Positions 8,266 through 17,892 of a stretch of DNA of 64,000 nt are shown here, in pieces. This DNA is from an uncultured Bacteroides sp. GTDB taxonomy: Bacteria > Bacteroidota > Bacteroidia > Bacteroidales > Muribaculaceae. Made by a program: the position numbers and the translations under genes. Under the pieces are notes generated by a model. It saw only the letters and a program-made list of their open reading frames with translations, ran no database searches and was not told where the DNA came from. Within the stretch, counting starts at the first letter, position 1. Each line of letters opens with the position of its first letter. The stretch spans positions 12,495 to 76,494 of the forward strand of contig CAYNHP010000001.1 of the NCBI GenBank assembly GCA_964397235.1, read 5' to 3'.

Positions 8266-11200
8266 ATGAGAAAATTAGCTTTAATCTTTGTTGCATGTGT
8301 TCTGGCATTCCTGCCGGACAATGCAAACGCCGCCCCGGGAAGCCCCCTGCAGTTGCCTGAGAAAGGTATGGAGCAAGCCCGGTTCGACGCTCCCGTCCAA
8401 GCCTCGCAGCCTCTGTTCGGCGCTTGGGCAAATAAACACAAAGCATCTGCTTTTGCCAACAACACCCTCCTGTCGGAGGACTTCAGCCTCATGACCGAAG
8501 GTTCCGAGGCTTCTCCGTCGGCCAACGGCATTCAGGGCGAAATCCCCGCCGAACTCACCCACTCTCCCGGCTGGGAGGGAAAGACAGTCCGTCAGGCAGG
8601 CGGTTGCGTGATGTTGGACGACTTCACTCTCATGGTTCAGGGCAAGCCCATGGTGGTCCGCTACATGGATACGCCGCTGCTGGGCCTCAAGGCCACCGGC
8701 GCGATTTCGGTCAGCTTCCGCGCCCGTACAACCTCCGACGAGGGCGATACGTTCTACATCCTATGCGCCGAACACACCGGAACGAGTTCCAACACCCTTG
8801 CCACGCAGGACTTTCCCCTCTCCAAAGAGTGGCATGAGTACAATGTCGTGTTCACCGGATGCCCCGTCAACACCTTCCTTGAGTTCCAGTCGGAAGCCTC
8901 ACCCTGTTTCGTGGACGACATCGTGGTGACCCTCATCCCCGAACTGGCAACTCCCAAGGTGCTTCCCGCCACGGACATCACCGACAAAGGCTTCCGAGCC
9001 AACTGGAGCGCAGTCGATGGCGCCACGGGCTATATCCTGAACACCAACATAATCCGCTCCTCGACCGGTCAGGACCCTTATTACCTGATTGACACTGAGT
9101 TCGAGCGAATCACCGAGGGCTCGGCTGAAACACCCATCCTGAAATACATCTACTCCTACCTGGACGAGTTTATCGACTACAAAGGATGGATTGCCTACTT
9201 CCCCATGTGGGCGGGCGAGGCCCTGGGTATATCCAACAGCTACCTCAACAGCTACGGCAACGGCTACCTGCAGTCGCCCGTGCTCGACCTCACCGCAAAC
9301 GACGGCGAAGTGAGCATCGACATGCGGTATATGGCCAAGAACGTGGACATGTTCCAGATTTCGCTATACACCCAGCTCGAAACCGGCAAGATGTCGCTGC
9401 GCTCTACCCGTATGATTTACCCCCAGAAGAACGGCGACTGGGAGGACCTGAAAACTACCGTCAGCGGCGGTACGGCACGTAGCGTAATCGTTATCGTGCT
9501 CCCCGAAACCACCGAGGGCGACCTCATCATCGACCGCCTCAAGATGTGGCAGGACCTCCCCGCCGGTACGCGCTACACCATCCCCATGGCACGCACCATT
9601 GCCGAAACCAACTCGGCTTACGTTTCCACCGAGGATTGCAAGGCCGACGACCGCTTCAGCTACTCCGTGCAGGCCTATCGCGAACTCAACGGCACAACCT
9701 TCTACAGCCAGCTTTCGAACACCATCGTGGTCGGCGACGACTCCGATGAAGTGCCCGAGTCGCTCGGTAAGGCTCAGGTAAAGAGCACTGCCGTAGATGG
9801 CGGACGATTCACAGCCACATGGGAACCAGTGGCCAATGCAAACGCCTACGAAGTGTCCGTCTATCGCGAGCACTACTCCGACGGGCAGGAAAGCACCACG
9901 GTTCTCTTTGAAGATTTCAACACCATCAAAGTCGGCACCACCGACCTCGACCGCCCCAAAGCCATGAACGAGAGCGGCTACGACCGCCTGGACAAGTACA
10001 CCAACATTCCCGGCTGGGAGGTGTTCCAGGGCTTCTACGTCGACGGCGCCGTGGGTATCCTCGGCTACTGGAGCATGGTCGGCGTGGGATGCTACATGAA
10101 GTCGCCCATCCTGGACCTCTCCGGCGATAACGGCAACATGATGCTCACCCTCAAGGTTGGCTCCGACTCCTACGAGCAGGGCGCAACAGTATACCTCGCC
10201 CACGACGACCCCGCCACCGGCAAGACCATCTACGACGACATCCTGCCTCTGGACGCCATGAAGAAAGGCATGCACAGTTTCATGCAGCCAATGAAGGGCG
10301 GCCGGGCCGACTCATACCTCGTGTTCTTCCCTTACGGCTACGGCCTGAGCTACTTCGACGACATCAAGCTAACCCAGAAGCTGCCTGCCGGTACCACCTC
10401 CACCCGCGTGACGGGCATCGTTACCGGCGCCACCTCCGTGACCCTCGCAGTACCAGCCGTGGTTGAAGGCGATAAGTATTACTACACCGTGCGCCCCATC
10501 TGGGTCGACGCCTACGATAAGGAGCGCGTCTCCGGCGCTACCTCCGAAAAGGCTTATATTGAGGGCCTTGTACGCACTGCCTCCTGCTCCGGAACCGTGA
10601 AGGATACCGAAGGAAATGCCGTGGCCGGCGCACAGCTGAAACTCTTCAGCGCCGACGACCCCGGACATGTCCTCACAGCCGAAGCCAACCGCTGGGGCAA
10701 CTTCAGTGTGGAGAATGTTAGCGACTTCGATGCTCACTACGTGCTCCAGGCGTCTGCCGAGGGATTCTATTCCGCAACGGTTCAGGGACTTAAGTTCGAG
10801 GACGGCGCCGATGTGACGGACCTCGAGCTGGTGATGCGTCCCTCCGAGGGCGACAACGTGGTTGAGGTCGGAACTCCGACAGCTTCCTCCGTGGCCGGGC
10901 CCGCCTACCTGCAGTACAACAACTCCGACACCGAAACGCTCTATCCCGCATCGGCCATCGGCGTGCCCGCCGGAGCAAAGATTCTCTCAGTGGCCTACGA
11001 CGGCTATTGCCCCACCCGCAAGGATGTTTCGTATAAGATGAATGTATATATGGAGAACGTCAAGGCCGGTTCGGCTGCCGACTTCGCGGCAGGCGCCATC
11101 ACCCCGCGCGATGTTGCCGAAATGACGCCTTTCGCAGCCAAGACGGTAAAAATCGACGTCGTAGGCTCGAAGGAGGTGCCCGCTCAGCTCATGGCCTTCG

Positions 11201-11625
11201 AAAATGCCGACGGGTTTGAGTACGACGGCGGCGACCTCCGCGTCAGCGTCGCAAGCCGCGCGTCGAAGTTCAACGATGTTTACTTCCTCGTGGACGGCAC
11301 CCGCACCGGCAAGTCGGCCTACCGCTACTATGCCGCCACGCCGTCGGACAACTGGAAAGTCAACGACGCCGGTATGCCCGTGGTCCGCATGACCTACCAA
11401 AAGCCCAGCGGAATTGTTGGCGAGGCAGTTGTGGGCAGCGACCTCCGCATTGCTGTTGAAGGCAACATGCTGACCGTCGGCACCGATGTGGAAACAGAAG
11501 CCGTTGTTTACAACGTTGCCGGCGTGGCCGTTGCAACAATCCACCTCCAGGCCGGAGCAGAGCAGAGCATCGAACTCTCCGCCGGAGTCTATATCGTAAA
11601 CGGCATCAAAGTAATCGTCAAATAA
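8266..11625 (+). CDS. Large secreted multidomain protein (Fn3-like and carboxypeptidase-regulatory-like domains, T9SS-type C-terminus)
   Basis: Signal peptide MRKLALIFVACVLAFLPDNANA; three EDF/EF...EG modules; Fn3-like FRANWSAVDGATGY and FTATWEPVANANAYEV; C-terminus VYNVAGV...LSAGVYIVNGIKVIVK; promoter TAACTTTG at 8223-8230. Confidence 0.85.
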   Translation: MRKLALIFVACVLAFLPDNANAAPGSPLQLPEKGMEQARFDAPVQASQPLFGAWANKHKASAFANNTLLSEDFSLMTEGSEASPSANGIQGEIPAELTHSPGWEGKTVRQAGGCVMLDDFTLMVQGKPMVVRYMDTPLLGLKATGAISVSFRARTTSDEGDTFYILCAEHTGTSSNTLATQDFPLSKEWHEYNVVFTGCPVNTFLEFQSEASPCFVDDIVVTLIPELATPKVLPATDITDKGFRANWSAVDGATGYILNTNIIRSSTGQDPYYLIDTEFERITEGSAETPILKYIYSYLDEFIDYKGWIAYFPMWAGEALGISNSYLNSYGNGYLQSPVLDLTANDGEVSIDMRYMAKNVDMFQISLYTQLETGKMSLRSTRMIYPQKNGDWEDLKTTVSGGTARSVIVIVLPETTEGDLIIDRLKMWQDLPAGTRYTIPMARTIAETNSAYVSTEDCKADDRFSYSVQAYRELNGTTFYSQLSNTIVVGDDSDEVPESLGKAQVKSTAVDGGRFTATWEPVANANAYEVSVYREHYSDGQESTTVLFEDFNTIKVGTTDLDRPKAMNESGYDRLDKYTNIPGWEVFQGFYVDGAVGILGYWSMVGVGCYMKSPILDLSGDNGNMMLTLKVGSDSYEQGATVYLAHDDPATGKTIYDDILPLDAMKKGMHSFMQPMKGGRADSYLVFFPYGYGLSYFDDIKLTQKLPAGTTSTRVTGIVTGATSVTLAVPAVVEGDKYYYTVRPIWVDAYDKERVSGATSEKAYIEGLVRTASCSGTVKDTEGNAVAGAQLKLFSADDPGHVLTAEANRWGNFSVENVSDFDAHYVLQASAEGFYSATVQGLKFEDGADVTDLELVMRPSEGDNVVEVGTPTASSVAGPAYLQYNNSDTETLYPASAIGVPAGAKILSVAYDGYCPTRKDVSYKMNVYMENVKAGSAADFAAGAITPRDVAEMTPFAAKTVKIDVVGSKEVPAQLMAFENADGFEYDGGDLRVSVASRASKFNDVYFLVDGTRTGKSAYRYYAATPSDNWKVNDAGMPVVRMTYQKPSGIVGEAVVGSDLRIAVEGNMLTVGTDVETEAVVYNVAGVAVATIHLQAGAEQSIELSAGVYIVNGIKVIVK

Positions 11626-11643
11626 TCAATCAATTAATCAATA

Positions 11644-11669
11644 TCCCGAGCCTCTTCCGGGGCTCGGGA
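11644..11669 (+). terminator. Intergenic hairpin between the two secreted-protein genes (no U-tract; stabiliser or attenuator)
   Basis: TCCCGAGCC-tcttccgg-GGCTCGGGA. Confidence 0.5.
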
Positions 11670-11686
11670 GCAAAAATTCCTTTCAT

Positions 11687-14600
11687 ATGAAAAAGGCATT
11701 ATCATTTTTCTTGCTGATTGCCTTGACCCTGCTGGGAGCACTCCCGGCCCGGGCCTTGGAGACAAAGCAAGTGGGCACGCCGTCGACAACGACGACCGGC
11801 AACCTGCCGTTCTACTCCATGAGTAAGTACGGCCAAGGAATTAACATTTACAAGAAAGAAGCTATCGGACTCGATGCCGGCAAGGTAATCAAGTCCCTGA
11901 CTTTCCTTGGCACCATGGGAGCAGACGCCGATGGTAACACTATCCGCAGTCTTTCGGAGCTCGAAGTATACATCGGCAACACCACCTCGACCGATTTTAA
12001 TTCGTTCATTGTAGATGGGGAACCCGAGAACAATACGCCAACTACTGTCGTAAACACCGAGAATATGACCAAGTTCTTCGCCCTGACCCAGGGACAGACT
12101 TTCGATTTCGAGTCGGGCGGAACAAAGGAAAATCCCATTGAAATCTTTAGCGTTGTCAGCGAGGAAGGCTTTGAGTACACCGGCGACAACATCGTACTTT
12201 ACATAAGTGCCGGAGGTAAGGCAATCAATTGCTATTTTACCGTCTGCGCAACAACAAGTGGCATCAATTACCGCGCCCTTGGTGCTCACCGCGAGTCCAG
12301 TCACATCATTTCTGGCTACAGTATTTATACCAAAAAATGGTCGTCCGATGTAGACACAAAGAGCTATGCTCCTGTGATGATCATCGGCTACGAGGGTGAC
12401 AAGCAGGTGGTTACCGCCGAGGTGTCAGGTAAGATCTATGGCTCCAAGAGCAATGCTTCCGGCCTTGCCGGCGCCACCGTGGAATTCGACGGCAAGACCA
12501 CTACCACCGACAACTTCGGCAACTACAAGTTCACCGTCGACGACGTTGACGCCAACGCCACATATATTATAAAGGCTTCCGCTGAAGGCCACGAACCCGC
12601 CGAGCGCACAATCGACATCAAGTCCGGCGGCTCGTTCACCGGCATCGACCTCCGCCTGGAGAAAATCGCCGTACCCGCAACCCTCAGCGGCAAGGTACTC
12701 GTAAAGGGTACTACCGAAACTATTGCCGGCGCAACCCTCACCTTCAACGGCCAGACCCTCGTCAGCGGTACCGACGGTGCTTATAGCTTCGACGTTGCAA
12801 ACATCGACGACATCGACACCAACGGTCTGCCTCTGACTGCCTCCATGAAGGGCTACAACCCCTTCTCCACAAACATCCGCCTCACCGGCGACCTGACTTA
12901 CAATGTTGAAATGGAAGCCCTGCCCGAACTCCCCGGTACCGGCGTCCTGGTAGGCCAGTATGGCCTGACGGAGTACGAATACGTCCTCCCCTTCAATACC
13001 CTCGAAAACTATAGCGCTTCCGAGATGCTCTATCCCGCAGCTGCTCTTTCCGAAATGGCTGCCGGAACCAAAATCGGCTCCCTGTCGTTCTACGGCTACA
13101 TCTCCGTACCCAGCACCGGTGGCGGCGACGAAGAGGAAGAGGGTAACGGTGATCTCACCTACGACTCCTTCTACGCTCCCGTCAAAAAAGCTGCTGAGGG
13201 CGAAGCGGAGGTAATATATAAGGGCTCCATCAAAATCTACATGTTCAACAGCGAAGCCGATGCATTCCCCCGCACCGGCGCCACCGCTACCGACCTCAGC
13301 GAGATGCCTCCCGTCTACGAGGGCAATGTGGCCTTCACCTACGAAGGCGCCAACAACGCTCCCGTACAGCTCATCAACGCTCAGTTCGATGTGCCCTTTG
13401 AGTACACAGGCAAGTCGCTGACTATCTGCGTGGTATCTAATTCAAAGTCGATGAAGATTGTCAACTTCGCCTACGATGCCACCTATACCCTGAACGCCCT
13501 CGCATGCAAGGGCAACTCTGCCGAGGCTGCCGGCGCTTACTCGCTCTACACCAAGGGCCTGCCCGTGGTCCGTTTCGGTCAGTTCGTACCCGTGGGCACT
13601 GTGGCCGGCGTGGTGACCGATGCTGTCACTGAAGCCGCTGTCGAAGGCGCTTCCGTAACTCTTGGCACCGGCGAAGATGCCGTAACCGCAACCACCGACG
13701 CCGACGGCGCCTATTCCCTGAAGATGCGCGGCATCGAATACGGTCAGGACTATCGTCTGGCCATCAGCGCCGGTAAATACAACGACTACGTTGAAGAAGT
13801 TTCGTTCACCGAAGCTGCTCCCGAAGTTACCAAGGACGTTGCGCTGACCTTCGGCGTAGTAATCTCCGGCGTTGTAACCAACGGCAAGACCCAGCAGCCC
13901 ATGGCCGACGTTGAGGTTGTGCTCGGCGAAGGCGAAGATGCCCAGAAGTTCACCTCCGATGCTGAAGGCGCTTTCGTGTTCGAAGTGGACCCCGTCACCG
14001 AACTCTCCATGGCCCTTACCGCCAGCGCACCCGGCTTCAACGACTTCTCCACCACCATCGACCTGAGCAAGGTTGAGGGTAACGAAGTGACCGACGTTGC
14101 AGTTGTGATGGATGCTGAGGACGTAACCATCCCCTCCACCGCTACCGATCTCTCTGCCAAAGGCACTGCCAACTGCTACATCGTGGCTCCCGGCTCTACG
14201 GCATTCTTCGATGTGACCTACAAGGGCAACTCCACCACCGAGAAAGTGGGCGAAATCTCCGATGCTATGCTCGTATGGCAGGACTCCAAGGGCCTCATCG
14301 AATCTCTCGACTATGTCCCCGAAGAAAATGTAGTACTTATCAAGGTGGCCAACCGACCCGGTAACGCCGTCGTTTCGGTTATCGACACCTACGTGAACGT
14401 GCTCTGGAGCTGGCATATCTGGGTCACCGACTACGACTCCGACAACGATTTCACTACCGAACCCAACGACGCCGGCACCACCTGGACCTTCATGGACCGT
14501 AACCTCGGCGCAACCTCTATGGAGAAGGGTTCATTCGCCAACTACGGTATGCTCTACCAGTGGGGCCGTAAGGATCCCTTCCCCGGTGCGGCAGCCTTCA

Positions 14601-15412
14601 CCGTTCAGAACGACGACTTCTCCTATGAGGAGGACGGCGAACCCACCCTCTACAACATGGCCGGCGACGAACTGCCCACTATCCTTGACCTGGTGCAGGT
14701 GGAAGGCACATGGGCACAGTCCATCAAGAACCCCATGTCCTTCTACAAGCTCTACCAGATCAACACCGGCGAAAAGGACGAGTATGGTCAGGAAATCAAG
14801 GAGGACGTTTATCCCACCCGCGACTGGACCGACGACAGCAACGATGATGCTTGGGGCGGCGTAAGCTTCAAGAAATCCATCTACGACCCCTCGCCCGTAG
14901 GCTACAAGGTGCCCGTTTGCGACGAAGCCGGTAACACCCCCTACGCATGGCTCGAATATGCAAAGATGACCTGGAACACCGAAGCCCGTGGCGCCGAACA
15001 GGATGGCCAGTGGTTCCCCGCTACCGGTACCCGCGTAAACTTCTCCGGCGGCCTCGACTGCTCCGAGAATGGCAACCCCTACAGCGGTCTGTGGATCGGT
15101 ACGAAGGGCAAGGAAAGCGCCGACCTCGAGGCTAATCCTCAGCTCTACGCCCAGTACATGTTCATCATCAATGGCAAGCGTACCTTCAAGGTTAACAAAG
15201 ACTCCCGCGCTCAGGGCATGTCGCTCCGCTGCGTACGCGAAGAAAACCCCAGTTCCGGCGTTGAGAATGTAGCCGTTGATGGCGTTGAAGTTGACGGTGC
15301 GGTCTACACCATCGCCGGCGTCAAAGTCCTCGATGCTGCTACTCCCGAAGCTGTCCGCACCCTCGCTCCCGGCATCTACGTCGCCAAGGGCAAGAAGTTC
15401 ATGGTGAAGTAA
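11687..15412 (+). CDS. Large secreted protein: four carboxypeptidase-regulatory-like repeats, fimbrial-tip/Fib_succ-like domain, T9SS-type C-terminus
   Basis: Signal peptide; repeated SGKV...GAT...TD..G.Y.F modules; ANCYIV, WSWHIWVT, MDRNLGA, LYQWGRKDPF, GMSLRCVRE; C-terminus VYTIAGV...LAPGIYVAKGKKFMVK. Confidence 0.85.
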   Translation: MKKALSFFLLIALTLLGALPARALETKQVGTPSTTTTGNLPFYSMSKYGQGINIYKKEAIGLDAGKVIKSLTFLGTMGADADGNTIRSLSELEVYIGNTTSTDFNSFIVDGEPENNTPTTVVNTENMTKFFALTQGQTFDFESGGTKENPIEIFSVVSEEGFEYTGDNIVLYISAGGKAINCYFTVCATTSGINYRALGAHRESSHIISGYSIYTKKWSSDVDTKSYAPVMIIGYEGDKQVVTAEVSGKIYGSKSNASGLAGATVEFDGKTTTTDNFGNYKFTVDDVDANATYIIKASAEGHEPAERTIDIKSGGSFTGIDLRLEKIAVPATLSGKVLVKGTTETIAGATLTFNGQTLVSGTDGAYSFDVANIDDIDTNGLPLTASMKGYNPFSTNIRLTGDLTYNVEMEALPELPGTGVLVGQYGLTEYEYVLPFNTLENYSASEMLYPAAALSEMAAGTKIGSLSFYGYISVPSTGGGDEEEEGNGDLTYDSFYAPVKKAAEGEAEVIYKGSIKIYMFNSEADAFPRTGATATDLSEMPPVYEGNVAFTYEGANNAPVQLINAQFDVPFEYTGKSLTICVVSNSKSMKIVNFAYDATYTLNALACKGNSAEAAGAYSLYTKGLPVVRFGQFVPVGTVAGVVTDAVTEAAVEGASVTLGTGEDAVTATTDADGAYSLKMRGIEYGQDYRLAISAGKYNDYVEEVSFTEAAPEVTKDVALTFGVVISGVVTNGKTQQPMADVEVVLGEGEDAQKFTSDAEGAFVFEVDPVTELSMALTASAPGFNDFSTTIDLSKVEGNEVTDVAVVMDAEDVTIPSTATDLSAKGTANCYIVAPGSTAFFDVTYKGNSTTEKVGEISDAMLVWQDSKGLIESLDYVPEENVVLIKVANRPGNAVVSVIDTYVNVLWSWHIWVTDYDSDNDFTTEPNDAGTTWTFMDRNLGATSMEKGSFANYGMLYQWGRKDPFPGAAAFTVQNDDFSYEEDGEPTLYNMAGDELPTILDLVQVEGTWAQSIKNPMSFYKLYQINTGEKDEYGQEIKEDVYPTRDWTDDSNDDAWGGVSFKKSIYDPSPVGYKVPVCDEAGNTPYAWLEYAKMTWNTEARGAEQDGQWFPATGTRVNFSGGLDCSENGNPYSGLWIGTKGKESADLEANPQLYAQYMFIINGKRTFKVNKDSRAQGMSLRCVREENPSSGVENVAVDGVEVDGAVYTIAGVKVLDAATPEAVRTLAPGIYVAKGKKFMVK

Positions 15413-15434
15413 CAACCCTCTAACCCTCATATGC

Positions 15435-15468
15435 AAGGCTGCGCCACCCGCGCAGCCTTTGCTGTTTC
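15435..15468 (+). terminator. Intrinsic terminator
   Basis: AAGGCTGCGC-caccc-GCGCAGCCTT followed by tgctgtttc. Confidence 0.7.
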
Positions 15469-15589
15469 TATACGGCAACTGTGCCAGAAATCCCTGAACA
15501 AGTCCCCAATGCCTCCAAAAAATATTGGTCATTGTGTAAGCAGCTTGTCCTTGTGACCCGCCTATCGTGGCCGAACGTAGTGAGGCGTG

Positions 15590-15644
15590 CCCGGCCTCCA
15601 CCAGGCGGTTTGTTCCGGTGCAGGGCTTTAGCCCCTTAAACCTT
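15590..15644 (+). repeat. ~55-bp REP-like element, copy 1
   Basis: cccggcctccaccaggcggtttgttccggtgcagggctttagccccttaaacctt; near-identical to 15896-15949. Confidence 0.85.
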
Positions 15645-15770
15645 ACTTGCCATTGTATAGTCGCTGCTCCCCATGCCCCTCAGCGATTAATCTCGGTTAG
15701 TCCTATTCGCACGCGCTGAAATTTTTTTGCTTTTGTGCAATTTACTCTTGCATTTCGCGGAATTTTGTTG

Positions 15771-15778
15771 TATCTTTG
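15771..15778 (+). promoter_or_regulatory. Bacteroidetes -7 promoter element for the 15968 gene
   Basis: TATCTTTG, with an upstream TTG box. Confidence 0.6.
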
Positions 15779-15895
15779 CACTGTCAAACCGAAAGCAAAG
15801 AAAAGCCGCGGAGCGGCGTCGTTGTTGATAACCCCGGGCGCAGCGCGGGGTAAAACCAAGCAACCAAGATAGAGCCTCGATGAGGCAATGTTGTA

Positions 15896-15949
15896 CCCGG
15901 CGTCCACCAGGCGGTTTGTTCCCGTGCAGGGCTTCAGCCCCTTAACCTT
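15896..15949 (+). repeat. ~55-bp REP-like element, copy 2
   Basis: cccggcgtccaccaggcggtttgttcccgtgcagggcttcagccccttaacctt. Confidence 0.85.
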
Positions 15950-15967
15950 TAAACCTCTAAAGTAACT

Positions 15968-16498
15968 ATGAAATTCAAACAAGAATGGTTCGAAATCCTC
16001 AACCACTACAACGCCCAAATCCGCGACGCCGTAATCGCCGCAGTTACAGTCTACTTCTACACCGGCGAGGAGCCCGTCTTCTCTGACGATGTCGCCTCGG
16101 TAGCATTCGCATTCATCCGCCTCGAAATCGACCGTGCCCGCCAGCGCCGTCAAAAACGGTTGGAGGGAAGGTTTCCGGACAGTACTACAAACGCCCAACC
16201 CGAGAACCCCAAAGTACCCGAAGCAGAACTCGATGTGGTAGTAGACTACTGGAACAAATCCATGGAAGGCAAAACGATTGCTCAAATAGAAAAGATACCA
16301 CCCGAGAGTCAAACCCATGTAACCAGCCTTCTCCGAGAGCATGGCATCGATGCCGTTCGCACTGTCATTGACACAACGGCCATGAGCCGCCACTTCAACG
16401 GCGACAACCCGCGCCGCAAATCCGTCTCTTTCCAGTGGGTATTTTTCCCCGAGAACTTCCTTCGCATACTCAACCACCCCCTGCGAGCGTCCGCCTGA
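15968..16498 (+). CDS. Phage replication-organiser-like protein (DUF6291-like N-terminus)
   Basis: N-terminus F...WFEIL...AVIAAVTVYFYTGEEP...AFAFIRLEIDR; C-terminus VVDYWN...FNGDNPR..SFQWVFFPENFLRIL resembles phage replication protein C-termini. Confidence 0.65.
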   Translation: MKFKQEWFEILNHYNAQIRDAVIAAVTVYFYTGEEPVFSDDVASVAFAFIRLEIDRARQRRQKRLEGRFPDSTTNAQPENPKVPEAELDVVVDYWNKSMEGKTIAQIEKIPPESQTHVTSLLREHGIDAVRTVIDTTAMSRHFNGDNPRRKSVSFQWVFFPENFLRILNHPLRASA

Positions 16499-16543
16499 CC
16501 AAATAGTCTTGCAAAAACACAAATATATACCGGTGACCCATAA

Positions 16544-16580
16544 AAAGAACGTTGGGCCCGGCGTGGGTCCAACGTTCTTT
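16544..16580. terminator. Bidirectional terminator between convergent genes
   Basis: AAAGAACGTTGGGCCC-ggcgt-GGGTCCAACGTTCTTT. Confidence 0.85.
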
Positions 16581-16603
16581 GAGGGGAGGGTATATCGGCT
16601 TGA

Positions 16604-16936
16604 TCAGCCGTTCTTCTGGTCCTTCAGCGGTTTGCGGAAGAACAGCTTGTGGTCGATGTATTCCTGGGTGGCGATCAGCGTGGGCTTGGGAAGGCGCTCG
16701 TAGTAGCGGCTGATCTCGATCTGCTCGCGGTTTTCGCTGATTTCTTCGAGGTTGTCGTTGTAGGGTGCGAATTCCTGGAGTTTCTTTTCGAGGTCGCTCT
16801 TCATCTGCTGCGCAATCTGGTTGGCGCGCTTGCTGATGATGCATACGGTTTCATACACGTTCCCGGTGTCCTTGGAGAGCTCGATCATGTCGCGGGTGAC
16901 AGTGGTGAGCGGGGTGTTGTTTTTCTTGAAATCCAT
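16604..16936 (-). CDS. rpoZ: RNA polymerase omega subunit (Bacteroidetes type)
   Basis: TGNVYETVCIISKRANQI, NREQIEISRYYERLPKPT; downstream of bamD as is usual in Bacteroidetes. Confidence 0.92.
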   Translation of the reverse strand: MDFKKNNTPLTTVTRDMIELSKDTGNVYETVCIISKRANQIAQQMKSDLEKKLQEFAPYNDNLEEISENREQIEISRYYERLPKPTLIATQEYIDHKLFFRKPLKDQKNG

Positions 16937-16977
16937 GTTCTGATACCTTAGTGTTTTAGTTTGAAATGAGGTGAGAG

Positions 16978-17778
16978 TTAGTCCTGAACGTAGCGCTGGG
17001 CTATCTTGAAGATGTTGTCGGCTTCGTGACGGTTGCGCGAGTCAGGGTAGTTATTGATAAAGGAGTAATACTCGTCCACTACTTCGCGGAATCGGTCGGC
17101 CTTGCGCTCGTTTACCGAGTTGTTGGCTTCCTGATAGCGGGCCTTGAGGATGAGCATTTCGAGGTCTTCCTTATATTTGGAGTAAGGATAGTCTTTTACG
17201 GCGTTGCGGGCCACGATGATTGCACTCTCGTAGTTGTTGCCCAGATAGTTGCCTAAGTTGTAGTAGAGCTGGGCGTTCTGGAGCTGCTTGAGGGTGAGTT
17301 TGTCCTGAAGTTCGAAGATTGCATTCTGAGCAATTGAAACTTTGTCGGAACGGGGGAAGAAATCCAGGAATCCCTGGAGTTCTTCAATTGCCTTGATGGT
17401 GCCGGTCTGGTCCAGCTGAGGCTCGGGTGAGTCGAGGTAGTAACCGTAGCCGCAGAAGAAACGTGCCAGCTCGGTGTACTTTCCGCGAGGGTAGCGGCCG
17501 TAGTAGGTTTTGAGGTAGGAGCCTGCGGTGAGGTAGTCCTTGTTCTCGTAGTTGGCCATTCCCAGCAGGTAAAGGGCATCTTCGCCCTTGTCGGTGCCTT
17601 TGAACACGGCGATGCAATCCTCCAGCAATGTGGCGGCCTGCACGTATTTACCCTCTTCGTAGGCGCGTTTGGCGTAGTCGAACTTATAGTTGTAGTCCTG
17701 GCTCTTCTGCACACGCGCATACTCTCCGCATGAGCACATGAGGAGGGCGAGGAGGACGACTATGATGGTGTTACGCAT
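16978..17778 (-). CDS. bamD: Outer membrane protein assembly factor BamD
   Basis: Lipoprotein signal ending LMCSC; TPR helices; LDQTGTIKAIEELQGFLDFFP. Confidence 0.92.
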   Translation of the reverse strand: MRNTIIVVLLALLMCSCGEYARVQKSQDYNYKFDYAKRAYEEGKYVQAATLLEDCIAVFKGTDKGEDALYLLGMANYENKDYLTAGSYLKTYYGRYPRGKYTELARFFCGYGYYLDSPEPQLDQTGTIKAIEELQGFLDFFPRSDKVSIAQNAIFELQDKLTLKQLQNAQLYYNLGNYLGNNYESAIIVARNAVKDYPYSKYKEDLEMLILKARYQEANNSVNERKADRFREVVDEYYSFINNYPDSRNRHEADNIFKIAQRYVQD

Positions 17779-17892
17779 TGGCTTTCTATTATTCAAGATG
17801 CAAAGATAAGCGTTTCTTTGGAAAATGGAAAGCTTTCCGCCAAATTTTCTTCGGCAGAAAGGTTTATTTAACATTTAGGGCCGTTTTCAGGA

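Noticed and set aside
14900-16000. Complete diversity-generating retroelement
   Set aside because: No reverse transcriptase in the window. The 55-bp repeats are non-coding, do not match the gene's 3' end and do not differ specifically at adenines.
15968-16498. Prophage
   Set aside because: A single gene with no integrase, structural or lysis genes; the flanks are host genes.
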